A DNA stretch of 64,000 nt from NCBI GenBank assembly GCA_964016885.1, contig OZ024741.1, forward strand, positions 335,978,001 to 336,042,000. The letters run 5' to 3'. This DNA comes from Eledone cirrhosa (lineage: Eukaryota). Position numbers and translations under genes: made by a program. Under the pieces are notes generated by a model. It searched no databases and was not told where the DNA came from. It saw nothing but the letters and a program-made list of their open reading frames with translations. Below are positions 49,089 to 63,385 of the stretch, piece by piece; positions within the stretch are counted from its first letter, which is position 1, and the number at the start of each line of letters is the position of its first letter.

Positions 49089-50561
49089 CTTTAACAGGAC
49101 TAAAGGTAGATACCCCTAAATTTAATATGACTAAAACTAGACAACCCTTAAATTTAACAGGGCTAAAGCTGAAGAACCCTTAAATTTATTAGGACTAAAA
49201 TTTAGGAAATTGATCTATGCCTCTATTTTACTATACATTCAGAAATTATTTCCATTATTTTCTAAGTTATTTGAGATTGATAGTGATATATTTTTCCAAC
49301 CAAGTCTTTGAGGGACCAGCATGTAACCATAAAACCCTGAGTAGCAATTGAGAGTAATCTCAGTAATATATTATAAACATATACAATGTACTCTACTTTG
49401 GTATTGAGCACTTTTTTCCATGTTTACAAATCCAAATGTGTATGTGTGTATATATATATGTCAGATAGAACACTTTGCAATGTTTGATTCAGCTCTCTCT
49501 GCTCTGAGTTAAAATCCTGCCAAGGTCAAATTTACCTTTCATCCTTTCAAGGTCAATAAATAAAGTAGCAACCCAGTACTGGAGTTGCTTCTTCCACACA
49601 CACACACTCTCTTTCTCTGTCATCACTTATGTTCCAACCTGGAGAGGGATGGCCTCTACCAGGTTTAACCCATTAGCATTTAAACCGGCCATATCTGGCC
49701 AGAATTCTCTCACCTCTTCCCGTTCAAACTGGCTGTAACTGGTCGTTCATGATGTTAAGTTATTGTTCTCAAAATAAATAATATCAAAATCTCATAGATT
49801 CGATATTATGTAAGATAATTATGTGAAATAAAGTGTTTACAATGAAAATATAATTGTAAATATAAAGTAATGTAAATGGTAAAGGGTTATGATGTGTCAT
49901 GATGATTCCCCTACAACTTCATTAAGAGATCAATACTGACTTGGTTTGTGACAACCTGTCCAAATTTGTTAACAGGAAAAGTAGACATTAGATAATGATG
50001 ATGATTGTTTTCCCATGAAATAATTGGTCAGCTGCATGAAACACATGACAACCTACCTACTACTGGTACCATGATAAAATGCACTCAGTAGATTGTTGAA
50101 ACATAAGTAAGTGAAATGCAAACCCCCTGGCCCATCTGATAGGCTAATGGTTCAAATGCAGGCAGACCCCTGGCCAATCTACGAGGCTAGTGGCTCAAAT
50201 ACAAGGCCCTGGTCAATCTGTGAGGCTAGTAGCTCAAATTAAGTACTGACTTGGTTTGTGACAGCCCATCCAGCCCTTTCTAGCAGAGAAAGTAGACATT
50301 CAATGGTGATGGGATGATCTTTGTTTTTCAATAAAATAATATATTGGTTAGGTGAAATGGGAGGACTCTCTTCAGCTGTGTCAATGATATGCCAACTTCT
50401 TTAATGTTGGGTCTATGTTAAAATGAACCTGGTAGAGCACAGGAATGTATGTAAACCAGATATATGTTCCCAACCTATCTATGAACTCAGTAGCTTCACT
50501 TGAGTACTATTAATGTCTGTGAAAATCTTCCCTACTCTTGCTAGCAGTGATAGCTAATATA

Positions 50562-50742
50562 AATTGTTTCTACTTTTGGCACAAGGCCAGCAATTACCCA
50601 GTGCAATACTGGTACTTTATTTTATCGACCCCGTAAGGATGAAAGGCAAAGTTAACCTCGGCGGGATTTGAACTCAGATCGTAAAGGGAAGTAACTATGC
50701 TGGAAAGCATGTCCGACCCTCTACCGATACTGCCAATCCACT
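50562..50742 (-). mobile_element. Nin-type SINE
   Basis: Matches consensus; CTAATATAA on both flanks is a candidate TSD. Confidence 0.85.
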
Positions 50743-51156
50743 AATATAATGATTTTTGTTTCCCAATGAAATGAATAATATATTGGTTAGGTGAAGTCTG
50801 AGCTTCATCTCTGATATTCTGTAAACTCGATTAAGGTAAATAGTTTTACTAAATTCAAAAAGTACTAAAGAGAAAGGAAAAAATATTGACTTCTACTTTC
50901 GGCACAAAACTGGCATATTTTGTCAGATGAGCAAAGTTGATTTTAATCAACCCCAGTACGTGACTGGTACTTTATTTCATCACCCTCCCCCTTCCACAAT
51001 GTAAGAAATGCTGTCTTCTTTTATTGTTGTTGTCAACAAAAGCAATTTGTTGTCAGGGTGAGAAGAATGGAAAAACTGACTTGAAAATGAGGTTTGATTC
51101 ATATCACTTCTCCTCTAATGGCATGGGAGGAAGCATGATAAACAATGAAGATATTT

Positions 51157-52470
51157 AGAGAGAGGGGGGGGGGATAGATAGAGAAGCGGATGAGAGAAGG
51201 AGAGAGAGAGAGAGAGGCAGGGAAGTTGTTAGAGAGAGAGAAGGAAAAGAGGGAGAGAGGGAGGTGGAAGATAGTTAGAAAGGGAAAAGAGAGAGAAAGG
51301 GAAGAGAGGGAGGGAGGGAAGGAAGGAAATAAATAGTTAGAGAAAAGGGGAAGAGGGAGGGAGGGTAGTGGAAGAGAGAGAAGGAAGCGTATGATAGAGG
51401 GAGGGAGAGAGAGAATGGGCAGAGAGGGTGAGAGAAGTAGAAGAGAGAGAGAGAGAGAAGGCGTGAGATAGAGGGAGGGAGATAGAGAAGAGAGGGGAAG
51501 AGAGAGAGAGAATGGGCAGAGAGGGTGAGAGAAGTAGAAGAGAGAGAGAGAGAGAAGGCATGAGATAGAGGGAGGGAGATAGAGAAGAGAGGGGAAGAGA
51601 GAGAGAGAGAGTGAGAGAGAGAAGGCGTGAGATAGAGGGAGGGAGATAGAGAAGAGAGGGGAAGAGAGAGAATGGGCAGAGAGGGTGAGAGAAGTAGAAG
51701 AGAGAGAGAGAGAGAGAAGGCGTGAGATAGAAGGAGGGAGATAGAGAAGAGAGAGAGAGAGAGAAGGCGTGAGATAGAGGGAGGGAGATAGAGAAGAGAG
51801 AGAGAGAAGGCGTGAGATAGAGGGAGGGAGATAGGGAAGAGAGGAGAAGAGAGAGAGAAAAGGAGAAAAGACGTATACTTTATTGCTAACTTTCATTTGG
51901 TTGATGACAGAAACTATATTCTCTTTCTCTCATTCTCTCTCTTTCTCTCTCATTCTCTCTCTTTCACTGACTCTTTCTCTCTCTTTCTTTGATTCTTTCT
52001 CTTGCCTCCTCATTCTTCGTCTCTCTCTCTTTCTCATTCTCTTGTACTCTCTCTTTCTCTTCATCTCTCTTTCTCTTTATTCTCTCTTTCTCTCTCCCAT
52101 TCTCTCTTTCTATTTCTCCCATTCTCTGTCTCTCTCTTTCTTCCTCTCTCTCTTGCCCTCTTTTCTCTCTTACTTGCCTCTCTTTCTCCCCCCTCCCCCT
52201 CACCTCTCTCTCTCCTCTGTCTCTCTCTTTCTCTACCTCTCTCATTCTCTCTTTCTCCGCCTCTCTTTCTCCCCCCTTCCCCTCTCCTCTCTCTCTCTCC
52301 TCTGTCTCTCTCTTTCTCTACCTCTCTCTCTCTCTCTCTTTACCTCTCTCTCTCCTCTCTTCCCTCTCTCCTCTCTTCTTTCTCTCTCTCTCTATCCTCT
52401 CTTCTCTCTCTCTCCCCTCTCTCTCTCCTCTCTCTCTCACTCTCTCTCCCTCTCTCTCCCCACCATTTCT
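51157..52470. repeat. Polypurine (GA-rich) tract immediately followed by a polypyrimidine (TC-rich) tract
   Basis: 51157-51870 is almost all A/G and 51920-52470 almost all C/T. Confidence 0.95.
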
Positions 52471-53369
52471 CCACACTATTATTATCATTATTATCATTAT
52501 TATTATTATTAGAGAGAAACGTGAATCATTTTCTGCAGAGAAGTAAGAGAAAAAGAAATTATACAGTAAATATAAATATAAATAATAATAAATATAAATA
52601 AATATATCTCTTTCTCTCTATATATAAATATAAATATAAATATAAAGTAAATATAAATATAAAGTAAATATAAATATAGTGAATGTGAAATTAAACTAGA
52701 GTTGTTAAGTGCCAAGTTTAAGAGGCAGAAGATGCAGCAGGATTTACCTACCAGTTATTGTTTCCATTCCTGAAGAGAAAAGAGATTTCCAACTGCTGAG
52801 AAACAGGATGTTTCTGGGAAGATTCACTAGATTTTTATTTTAAGACATCAGGAAATCGTGATTAATGGAACAGAGCTTTCAGCTATCATCCACTCATGGA
52901 GAATAGCAACTGTCTTGGAAAGATATAAGACACATTAATAAATAAACAAGGAAATATTCCGGCTGATTAGAATGAATTAATAAGGAACTGAATTTTACCT
53001 AACTTCATAGCAGCTAGCTCAGTCTTATAATACAGCCAAAAAAAATTTAAGACAGAGTAAGTCTTAAATCAATATAGTTTTGTTGATATTGCTATTATCA
53101 TTATTATTATCACTTTGTACATAACCCATTGTTTTGACATCAAACTTTAACAAAGGTATGATTGTGTGTATATATATATATATATGGTAGAGGTAGACCA
53201 CGTGGTAGAGGTAGACCACAAAAAACATGGGCAGAGGTGGTGAGAACAGACCTCAGACCGTGACAAGTGGAGAGATGCTGTGCTGAATAAGACCCGTCCC
53301 ACCCTTGCAAGCAGGGAAAAGGGGACGTAAAATGATAATGATGATGATATGATATAACATAATATAACA

Positions 53370-53588
<219 letters not shown>

Positions 53589-54250
53589 TCATTAGTTAAG
53601 CAAAACAAGACCACAAATTTCACAAGGAAGACATTATTAAAAGATTGTCAACATATTTAGTTTGATGTAAGGAATGAAGAGAATAATAATAATAATAATA
53701 TTAATAATAATAATGCCCGTTTACAATTGTTTTGCTACTCCATATAATATTTCTGGATCAGATGACTATGTATCATAATTGATCTGGTTCAGTTGAAAAT
53801 AATTAACATATTTAAAAAAAACAGAGTGGCTCATCGGAACTCAAAGGAATATAAATTAAAATAATATTACATAATATAATGTTCCATATATTAGTTTTTA
53901 CTATGATGCTTTTGTTTCATCAGCTGTCAGCCATAATCAAGCAGTACTCATCTGTTGAGGCTGCATTGTGTGAGATCTGCCTATGGGTAACAAGCTTGTT
54001 GCCCATAGCTGTAGAAATGAGATGATAGGGACTGGGGTCCCTATCATTCCACTGCAAAGTGGTCGTGGAGGGGCAACGGCAAAAAAGCACCCAGCACTCA
54101 CTGTAAATGAGGTTGGTGTTAGGAAGGGCATCCAGCTGTAGAAATCAAGCCAGAATCAATTCCCGTCCCACCCTTGCAAGCAGGGAAAAGTGGACGTAAA
54201 ATGATGATGATGATGATGATATATATTTGTTATATTATGTTATATCATAT

Positions 54251-54313
<63 letters not shown>

Positions 54314-54331
54314 ATATTATGTTATATCATA

Positions 54332-55211
54332 TCATCATCATCATCATTTTACGTCCCCTTTTCCCTGCTTGCAAGGGTGGGACGGGTCTTATTCAGCACA
54401 GCATCTCTCCACTTGTCACGGTCCTTCGTCATCTCCACCATGAGCTTCAGCGATCTGAGGTCTGTTCTCACCACCTCCGCCCATGTTTTTCGTGGTCTAC
54501 CTCTACCACGTCTTCCTTCAATTGGCATTTCCTGGCACTCCTTCACCCATTGGTCATCCTTCATGCGCATCACATGTCCATACCACCTCAGTCTCCTCTC
54601 TCGCACACTACATTCTATCCTTCTCAGACACAGTTTCTCTCTCAACACATTCTTGCTGGGTCATTCACGCATATTGACATTGCACATCCAACGGAGCATG
54701 CTTGCCGCATTCCTCTCCAGCTGTCGCATATCTTCTGCAGTTGCTGCCCATGTCTCACTACCATGCAGCATCGCGCTCCTCACACAGGCATCATATAACC
54801 GGCCTTTCATACACAGGGAGAAACCCATCTTCATCAGCAGAGGAAGCAGCTCCCTAAACTTCTTCCAACCCGTCCTTATTTTAGATACTATGGCCTCGGA
54901 ACCCCCCCCCCCCCCCCTCCCATGCTAATCTGATCTCCTAGGTACGGGAAGCTATCCACCACTTCTATAGCACCCGCCTGCATTTGAAAAATATGTCTAT
55001 CAATGCGACTTCTACTCTTTAATTTCCCTGTACATCTACTGCCTACGTATTTCTCCCTACCTGTTTGCCTGATATCCCACTACATCTCTTGTGTATCAAG
55101 GATCTGCATTGTGTTCATTTTATAGAATTTATGCCAGTTCCTTTTCTGCATATCGAACATGGCCATTTCCCTGATGGAATCAGAGTTTTGTCCTCTTTTC
55201 TACTCATCAAC
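54332..55211 (-). mobile_element. RTE LINE 3' part (family C)
   Basis: GKWPC, GWKKFREL, GRLYDAC, LRWYGHVMRMKDD, GRGRPRKTW, (GAT)n tail; the 5' end abuts a SINE at 55212-55382. Confidence 0.9.
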
Positions 55212-55661
55212 ATCGGTAGAGGGTCGGACGCCATGCTTTGCAGCAAAGAGTTACGGCCCTTTATGGTCTGAGTTCAAATCTCACCGAGGTTAACTTTGCC
55301 TTTCATCCTTACAGGGTCGATAAAATAAAGTACCAGTCATACACTTGGATAATTGCTGGCCTTGTGCCAAAAGTAGAAACAAATATATCAATTTACCATG
55401 ATCAATCAACCCTCTCAAACAATTATAAAACAATGAATTAATTAAGAATCTATCTTCGACTTTTGTTTTATTTTCATTTTTCAATATACACACACACATA
55501 TATATATATAAATGACTCTGCAGCTCAATTAAAATCCTTGATGGAACTTTATATGATGAAAGCCTACCACAAAAACTATAGCTCCCACTGCCCAATCTCA
55601 TTGAAACCATCGCTTCTAGGGTGCATTGAGTTCTAGCAACATTATTGGCCTCACCTTAAAC

Positions 55662-55749
<88 letters not shown>

Positions 55750-55914
55750 CATGATAGGCTTCCATAGTTTCTGTCTACTAAATTTATGAATCTTCAAGCT
55801 GGGACTAGCAGTTACTTGCTCAAGTTGCAGCACAGTAGGACTAAACACAATCCATCACCTGGTCTGAGAATCGAACTCACAACTTCATGATTGCTCTAAA
55901 CACTAAGCCATACA

Positions 55915-55958
<44 letters not shown>

Positions 55959-56732
55959 GTATATATTCATATTCATACACTCATAGATTTTTACTATATC
56001 TTTTACTCTAGTATCTTTTGTCATACCAAGAAACAGTCAGTATATTCCTCCTCTCTTCTAAATGTTACTCATAATTCTGGATGATATAATATTGCTTTTC
56101 AGTACAATTGAATATTTTTTCCATTTTAACAACTGAGAAATAGTGATGACGATGATGATGATGACAATGAGAAATATATTTACTTTGATATTCAGTGTTA
56201 TTCTTCTAACAGTGGCAATATAACTTAATATTTTACTACTTCACACCTTTGTAATAAATTGCAACTAAGAAATATATTCATTCTAAAATTCCCTGTCTTG
56301 CAATAGTGAAAATATAACTCATTGTTTCAATGTTGTAATATTGTTTCATCTAAATTGTATTTAATCATATTTGGACTTAGTATTGAGTGTATTAGTCTTT
56401 AACTATTGATTGATGTATGGAAGAATTTGTTATGTGCTATCTCTGGGCTGTTACTGTTCATCATCATCATCGTTTTAACCTTGCTGTCAAGAGTATACAT
56501 AAACCAATTTAGTACTGAAATGGTGCCTACTGATCTCCCAGATAAGCCAAGGATCTGTCGACTTGCTTATGTATGGTCTCAATATATATATATGTATATA
56601 TATACACAAAACGCCAGCATCAACAGTTTTCCAAGAGATGTCAACATGAACGGACATGTTATTTTTATCTAAATACATTTTTTTCCAATTCCACCCTGCC
56701 CATTCCTTCAATCTATTTTATTTCTCATTCTT

Positions 56733-56768
56733 TCTTCTGATGAAAGACTAGCGTTTGAAACGTTAAGA
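56733..56768 (+). ncRNA. Minimal hammerhead-like motif (Penelope-type)
   Basis: TCTT-CTGATGA-AAGACTAGCGTTT-GAAA-CGTT-AAGA: stem I TCTT/AAGA, short stem II, palindromic AACGTT. Confidence 0.45.
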
Positions 56769-56908
56769 CCCTCTTCCTGCTAGTTCAAGTGTTAACCTAA
56801 TATATTCCTTCCATATACTGTACCGATTGTGTTGTTATTTCTGTTTACCTTTTACATATATATATATTTTTTCATTTTTTCATTTCATATATATATATAT
56901 ATACATAC

Positions 56909-56984
56909 ACAGAGTGCCCTAAAAGTCACTAGACCATTTTATAAATATATATATAATGGTCTAGTGACTTTGGGGACATCCTAT
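56909..56984. mobile_element. ~75-bp fold-back Tc1/mariner-like MITE
   Basis: CAGAGTGCCCTAAAAGTCACTAGACCATT...AATGGTCTAGTGACTTTGGGGACATCCT inverted repeat. Confidence 0.6.
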
Positions 56985-59699
56985 ATGTGTAAAAGTGGCA
57001 AATTGGTAGAATCTTTAGAACGTCAGATAGAATAGTTTGCTGTATTTGCTCCAGCTCTCTGCTCTCTAATCCCATTCATGTCCACTTTGCCTTTCACCCT
57101 TTCAAGGATGATGAAAGAAAAAATACTAGTGTAGTAGAGGGGATGATTCTCCCTGTATCTCTATCCCCCCCCCCCCCCCGAAGAAATCAGCTGTGTTCAG
57201 ACCTGGAGAAGGGATGGGCTCCACCAGGGTTAAAATGCCCAAGAGATGCTGTATGTCACTACATTTCCTCTACTATCCACGGAAGAGTTACAGATCCCTT
57301 CACACAAGCATGCATGTGTGTATGAATGACATCACCAGCATATCAGCTTCCCTGTTGTATGTATGTACAGCTTGTTGATATGATTGTTATTTTAAAAGGA
57401 CCAGAACTGTTTAACCCTTTTGTGACTATATTTCTAATGAAATAATCTGTTAATATCTTCAGATTAATTAAAAATCAAACTACTATGTAAAACAAGCCAT
57501 CTGTGTCCCCCCTCCTATTTCTATGATGAAAATACCTCCTGTTTTAAAGTGTTCTCTATCATCATCACTATTTGCCATCCATTTTTCCATGCTAGAATTG
57601 GTTAGATGAGTTGTCCCATTGTGAGACAAGCCAGATCAGATTTATATTAAAACCTCCCATAGCAATTATATTTTAAAATCTTTTTGTTATATATCAAACA
57701 TCAGCTTAATAAGAACAAAAAATGGTATTTTACTAAATCCATTAAAATTCTTGATTATTTAAAAAATGAATTCCAACTTATAGATAGTGTATTTCTTGAA
57801 AACTATATACACAAAATAGTTGAACAAATGTTTGGAAAATGTTTAAGAAAACATTTTTACATAAAATTGTTTTGAAGGATTTAACTTTAAAATGGAAGGC
57901 TTTATATGACAGGAACATTGATGGTTTCAGATGTGTTTGCTATCAAAAATTAGTAATAATGGTATTTTCTACAATACACTGTTAATGAAACCTGCATAAG
58001 CAACCATCTCTAGTACTGCGTGTGTGTGTGTGTATGTATAAGTGTGCATGTATGTGTGTGTATATATATAGCTTTTCTTTAAAAATTAAACCTTTTTTAA
58101 ATGATCTTCCTTCTTAAATTAAGTATATTTACCATTTGATATTCTTTTCCTAATGATACTCTTCTTAATCTATTTTGTAGATGTAGATTGATACTCTTTA
58201 ATTGACATTCTGAAAGATATCCTCTTTACGATAGTTCTTCGAAATGCACTCTTGACTTATCTAATAATGCATTTTTTCCTCTTTTTAATCTTCAAACTTT
58301 TCACACATCTTTCGACGTAAATAATATGTAATTGAAATTCTCATCCTTGAAAAACATATAATATAAAATACCTTATAATCTCAAACAAAATAATATATAA
58401 TTTTCTCTACATACTTTCTAAGTAAATCATTCATCAAATTTAATGGTTAGCAAATAATATTGGAGTTATCTTTTCCTTTACAATTGAGCAAACATAGACA
58501 TGATAACTTGCACGATTATTAATCTATATAGGTATTTATATACTTACAACCTGTTGTCATGTAATAAGATAAAATGTACTTACAACCATAATTCTTCATA
58601 TAATCTAATTGATTATATATATACAATATTATAACTCATAATATAGCTAAATAATTTTTTTTTAAATTCTAGAATCATATTCCACCATTCCTACAAACTG
58701 TTAATTCTTTTTAAATTCACGTAAATACAAGCTATTCTTTCTTTCTCTTTCTTCTTCCTACACATACATACATATATCCTAATAATTATTTAAATCTACC
58801 TAGCGTCTAAAAATAACGTTTTTTTCAGCCCTATACCTCAACCTCATTTGCATACTCATCTTAAAAATTTGAAATATTTGACTTTTCTTCTCTTTCCCTT
58901 TTTTTCTTTTACTATCCAGGAAAAACTTTAACGGTTAAGATTTTCTTCCTGGATATGTCAATATTTATAAAACAAACTTTGTATTTTATCTGATAAGAGC
59001 ACACCAAAGTTTTGGTACCCTTGAAATATATATAATAGAATAAGTATGGTTTTATAAATATAGTTTTCCATTTATTTAATATCATTGTATGTATATATAT
59101 ATATATGTGTGTGTGCGTGTGTCTGCATATATACATACACATGTGTGTGTGTGTGTGTGTGTGCATATATATATATACACACATGTGTGAGTGTGTTTGT
59201 TTATATCCGTACATTGAGAATATTATTACTGGGATTACTCAAGTAGCACAATTGAGTAATCTTAGTAATATATATATATTCACCAATCTGAGAAGCAGAT
59301 CGATAATGGAGTCAGGTCCATAACTCCTATGGATGACTCCAAGCTAATCTTCTGCGAAACGCCTGTAATAAGTTGATACACAATAAAAACCCAAATACAT
59401 GTAACCAAAACTTCATCGTTTTTCTTAATACACACACACATATATATATGTATATAAACTAGATCAAATGAGTTGGTAATACTACTGTGTCTGTGTGTAT
59501 GTGTATGCACACATACACAATATTAAAAAAACAGTTGTAACTCTTAGGTTAATGGTTTTTAAGAATTAAAAATCATCCTACTGAATGATACACCATTACT
59601 AATTCAAGCGTCTATAAATTTTATATTGTTTTTTTCTTAATATACTATATAGTTAGAATTAAAATTAGTCATATCTTTAATTTGATAAGCCCTGATTTT

Positions 59700-59893
59700 C
59701 CTGAAATTTGCCAACACTACACCTGATATTCCTCCTCCATACACACGCATGTATGTGTGTGTGTGTGTGTGTTTGTGTGAGTGTGTGTCTGTGTGTATAC
59801 CATGACTCATGCACTGTTTATGTAATATACAAGCACCTTTGATGAGTTGTAGTGCACCTGAACACTGTACACAATAATTTTCATTATCATTAT
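59700..59893 (+). mobile_element. CR1/L2 3' end fragment
   Basis: GAGTTGTAGTGCACCTGAACACTGTACACAATAATTTTCATTATC tail. Confidence 0.75.
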
Positions 59894-60295
59894 TCAATTT
59901 CACTCCTATAATCTTTATTCAAGTTAAAATACAAGCATTAATTATAACAGTCAAACTAACCACTACTCAGTATATGTATTACTAAACATTTTTATTTGTG
60001 CATCTTGTCTTCCATAATGTTTCACGTTTTCCTGACTATATGTAAAGTTTGTTTAAGCTTTTCTAATTTTTCGTGTTTGGAGATATTCGACATGTGGTTG
60101 GTAAAAGAAATATCTTTTTTATATTATCTAATGATTCTGATGAATTCAATACAGAGGAATAGAATGCTACTTCTATCTGTATTTGAATGAAATGTGTGTA
60201 AATGAATTAAATAATGTATTGAACCTTGGTTATTTATTTATTTATTATATATATATCATTCATCATTTTATGTCCGCTTTTATATATATATAAGT

Positions 60296-60420
60296 GAAGG
60301 CGTGTGGCTGAGTGGTTAGAGAATTGGATTCGCAATCGTAAGGCTGTGAGTTCGATTCCCGGACCAGGCGATGCGTTATGTCCTTGAGCAAGACACTTTA
60401 TTTCACGTTGCTCCTTCTAC
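60296..60420 (+). mobile_element. tRNA(Arg-like)-derived SINE head plus CORE/V-like block
   Basis: TGGCTGAGTGG A-box, GTTCGATTCC B-box, TTCGCAA anticodon-like loop, then TGTCCTTGAGCAAGACACTTTATTTC. Confidence 0.7.
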
Positions 60421-60535
60421 CTGGAGTTGCGACCGATAGATAGTATTAGCAATTGGAAAGACCAACGGAAACATTGTTCCCTCGGTCCGATTTGACGAAA
60501 GTCGATCGTTCCTTTAATATATATATATATATTAT

Positions 60536-60635
60536 ACAGGGTGTCCTAAAAAATGTATACACACATTGATTACCTGTACTGGTAATATTTATTAGAATGC
60601 TGTTGAAGTGTGTATACATTTTTTGGGACACCCAG
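60536..60635. mobile_element. ~100-bp Tc1/mariner-type MITE
   Basis: TA|CAGGGTGTCCTAAAAAATGTATACACAC...GTGTGTATACATTTTTTGGGACACCCAG|TA. Confidence 0.8.
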
Positions 60636-61639
60636 TATGTGTGTGAGTGTGTGTGTGTATATATATATATATACATGCACATACATACTCACAGATACAC
60701 ACACACATATATATATAGCATTATATTTTATCATCATATAAACATGAAATATGAATATTTTAGTACATAGTGTGTCATCTAATATCTAAGTGTGATGTGT
60801 TTTTTTAATGTTTTACTGCTGTTTTTTTTATATAATCTTTCTGATATTTTATTAGCCAAAGCTAGTGGACATTAATAATAAAAATAAGCCAGAAAGAAAA
60901 CAAAAGAAAAGATACACTAAATACATTAACGGAGGCGGTGTAGAGTTGTATGGTGTGTTGCTTGGGCCCAATATTGCATGTAGAGCATGGAATAAGTTAC
61001 TGAAATACCACTGCAATTTGTCAATAAATTACATTTTTAAGCCTGTGATATTCCATCGTTTCTAGGGAGCTGCATTGCTCACCGCATTTTGTCATCATTT
61101 GCTGTTTGTCTTACTGAAGTATTAAATGTTCCTCATGAGGGTACTTGGCTGTTTCTGTGCTTTAGCCTTGTTATCACTCATGATACAACTATAAGTGTTC
61201 TGGGGGTTGCCTCAAATAATCCATTTTAAAACTGTAATGTTTGATTTGTGTGACATTTAGCTGCTATTTAGATCATGGCATGTAACTGTGTAGGGCTAGT
61301 CTTTTCAAATATTCCACATTGGTCGTCACATTTTATAAAAATAACATTTTCCACTGTTTAACACATTTATTATCAACAGAAAAATAAGGAAATTTAACCC
61401 TTTAGCATTTAAACTGGCTGTATCCAGCCAGCAATCTCTCACCTCCTTCTGTTCAAACCAGCCACTCATACTTGTGTTAAGGTATTGATCTTAAAATAAA
61501 TGATATCCAAATCTCATAGATTCGATATTATGTGAGATAATTATGTGAGGTAAAGCCTTTACTATGAATATATAATAGTACATATAGAGTAATGTAAATG
61601 ATTAAGGATTAAAACAAACAAATCATATCACATGGTTCA

Positions 61640-62065
61640 AGTGATAGGAAATCTCATTGGAAGGAAGCTGTAGTAGAGGAAGACAAAGTAAGATGTGGTG
61701 AGATGAGAGCTGATCACAAAATGCTGAAAGCTCCTAGTGGAGATGACAAAGGAATGTAACATGTGGAGGGAAGCTATGGTGGGAATAGCCTGTCCAAACC
61801 ATGCAAGCAGTGAAAAACTGATGATGATGAGAAGGACCTGTCCAAGCCATGCATGCAGTGAAAAACTGACGATGATGGTGATGATGATGATGGGAATAAG
61901 CTGTCCAAGCCATGCAAGCTGTAAAAACTGATGATGATGATGGGAAGCACCTGTCCAACCCATGCAAGCAGTGAAAAACTGATGATGGTAATGATGATGA
62001 TGATGATAGGAGGGACCTGTCCAACCCATGCAAGCAGTGAAACACTGATGACGATGATGATGATA
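61640..62065 (+). mobile_element. Old RTE 3' end with its terminal module repeated about 5 times
   Basis: CCTGTCCAACCCATGCAAGCAGTGAAAAACTGATGATGATG reiterated at 61788-62065. Confidence 0.75.
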
Positions 62066-62227
62066 CGTTTCTTTCATCTTGCTCTAATTAAATAATGATA
62101 AATACATATATACCATGTTAAAAGCTAAGGATGTACTAATTAATCGTTACCAAAATTGTCATGGAATTAAACAACTCATTAATTAGCCTGTTTGATACCA
62201 ATCTGAACAAAACCAGGTCTGCTTCTA

Positions 62228-62582
62228 TAATAATGATAATGAAATTATTGTGTACAGTGCTCAGGTGCACTACAACTCGTCAAAGGTGTATTTATAGTAC
62301 ATACAATAATGTACAAATGTCAGGGAAGTGAATAGTGTATGAGTCATGATATACATGTGTGCGTGTGTATGGAGGGGGAATATTAGGTGAAGTGTTGGCG
62401 AATCTCAGGAAGCATGGAGGTTTTAAAGGATGCAGTGTCTCAACAGCTAACAACTGATGCAGGTAGTTTGTTCCATGCTTCAGCAACTCTGAGCGTGAAA
62501 AAATGTTTCTGAAAGTCAAGGGAGCTGTGCTGTTTTCTGACTTTGTGGGCATGCCCACGTGTGTTAGACACATGGAAATCAT
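62228..62582 (-). mobile_element. CR1/L2 3' end inserted into a family-2 MITE
   Basis: Closely similar to 14850-15190; TTCTAT on both sides. Confidence 0.8.
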
Positions 62583-63285
62583 ATTCTATGAAATATAACC
62601 TCCCATTTTTAAAGAGTTTCTATTCAAATTAAAATCTTCCAGCATAATTTCATATAAAAAATATCTTGTTAGGTTTACTATATAAGTAAGGATGAAATAA
62701 TTAATAATTTTAGTAAATTCCTCAAAATTCTCCATTAATGAGTGTATATCATTAGAAATATGTTCATAAAAATGTTAAAGCAGTATAGAAGCACTTCACA
62801 GTTTTCTATCTCATTATCTTCCTATGCTTCTGCTGCACAACTATTGAAGCTAATGTACAAACAATTCAATATGCATATTAGCACAGCATAAATAAATTCT
62901 ATGAATTGTGGATCTTGTAAGACATGTAATAAGTGAGACACTCAATGATGAAATCCTATTTAAAGTTCTCTAACTTCTATATGAGTTTAGAGAGGAATTT
63001 CAAAAGTAGATCTTTCAAATACTTAAGTAGCAGCTATATAAAATGAAATAATTATAATTATATATATATATATATATATAGATAGATATAGATATAGATA
63101 TATATAGATATATGTATATATACATGGGTGTGTATGATTGTGTATAGAAGATTATATTAATAAAAGGAATTCCACCTTTATATATGCATGTGTGTGTCTA
63201 TATATATGTATATATGCATGTGTGTGTATGTATTTGTGTATATATATATATATATACACACACACGTATGTATATATGTGCATAC

Positions 63286-63318
<33 letters not shown>

Positions 63319-63330
63319 TACATGTTTCTT

Positions 63331-63385
<55 letters not shown>

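Noticed and set aside
58080-60200. AT-rich tract that might be a decayed Polinton or DNA-virus insert
   Set aside because: The frames examined were full of stops and no diagnostic motif was recognised; it would need a translated search.
60296-60372. Possible tRNA-Arg gene
   Set aside because: No proper acceptor stem, and it runs straight into a repeated SINE body.
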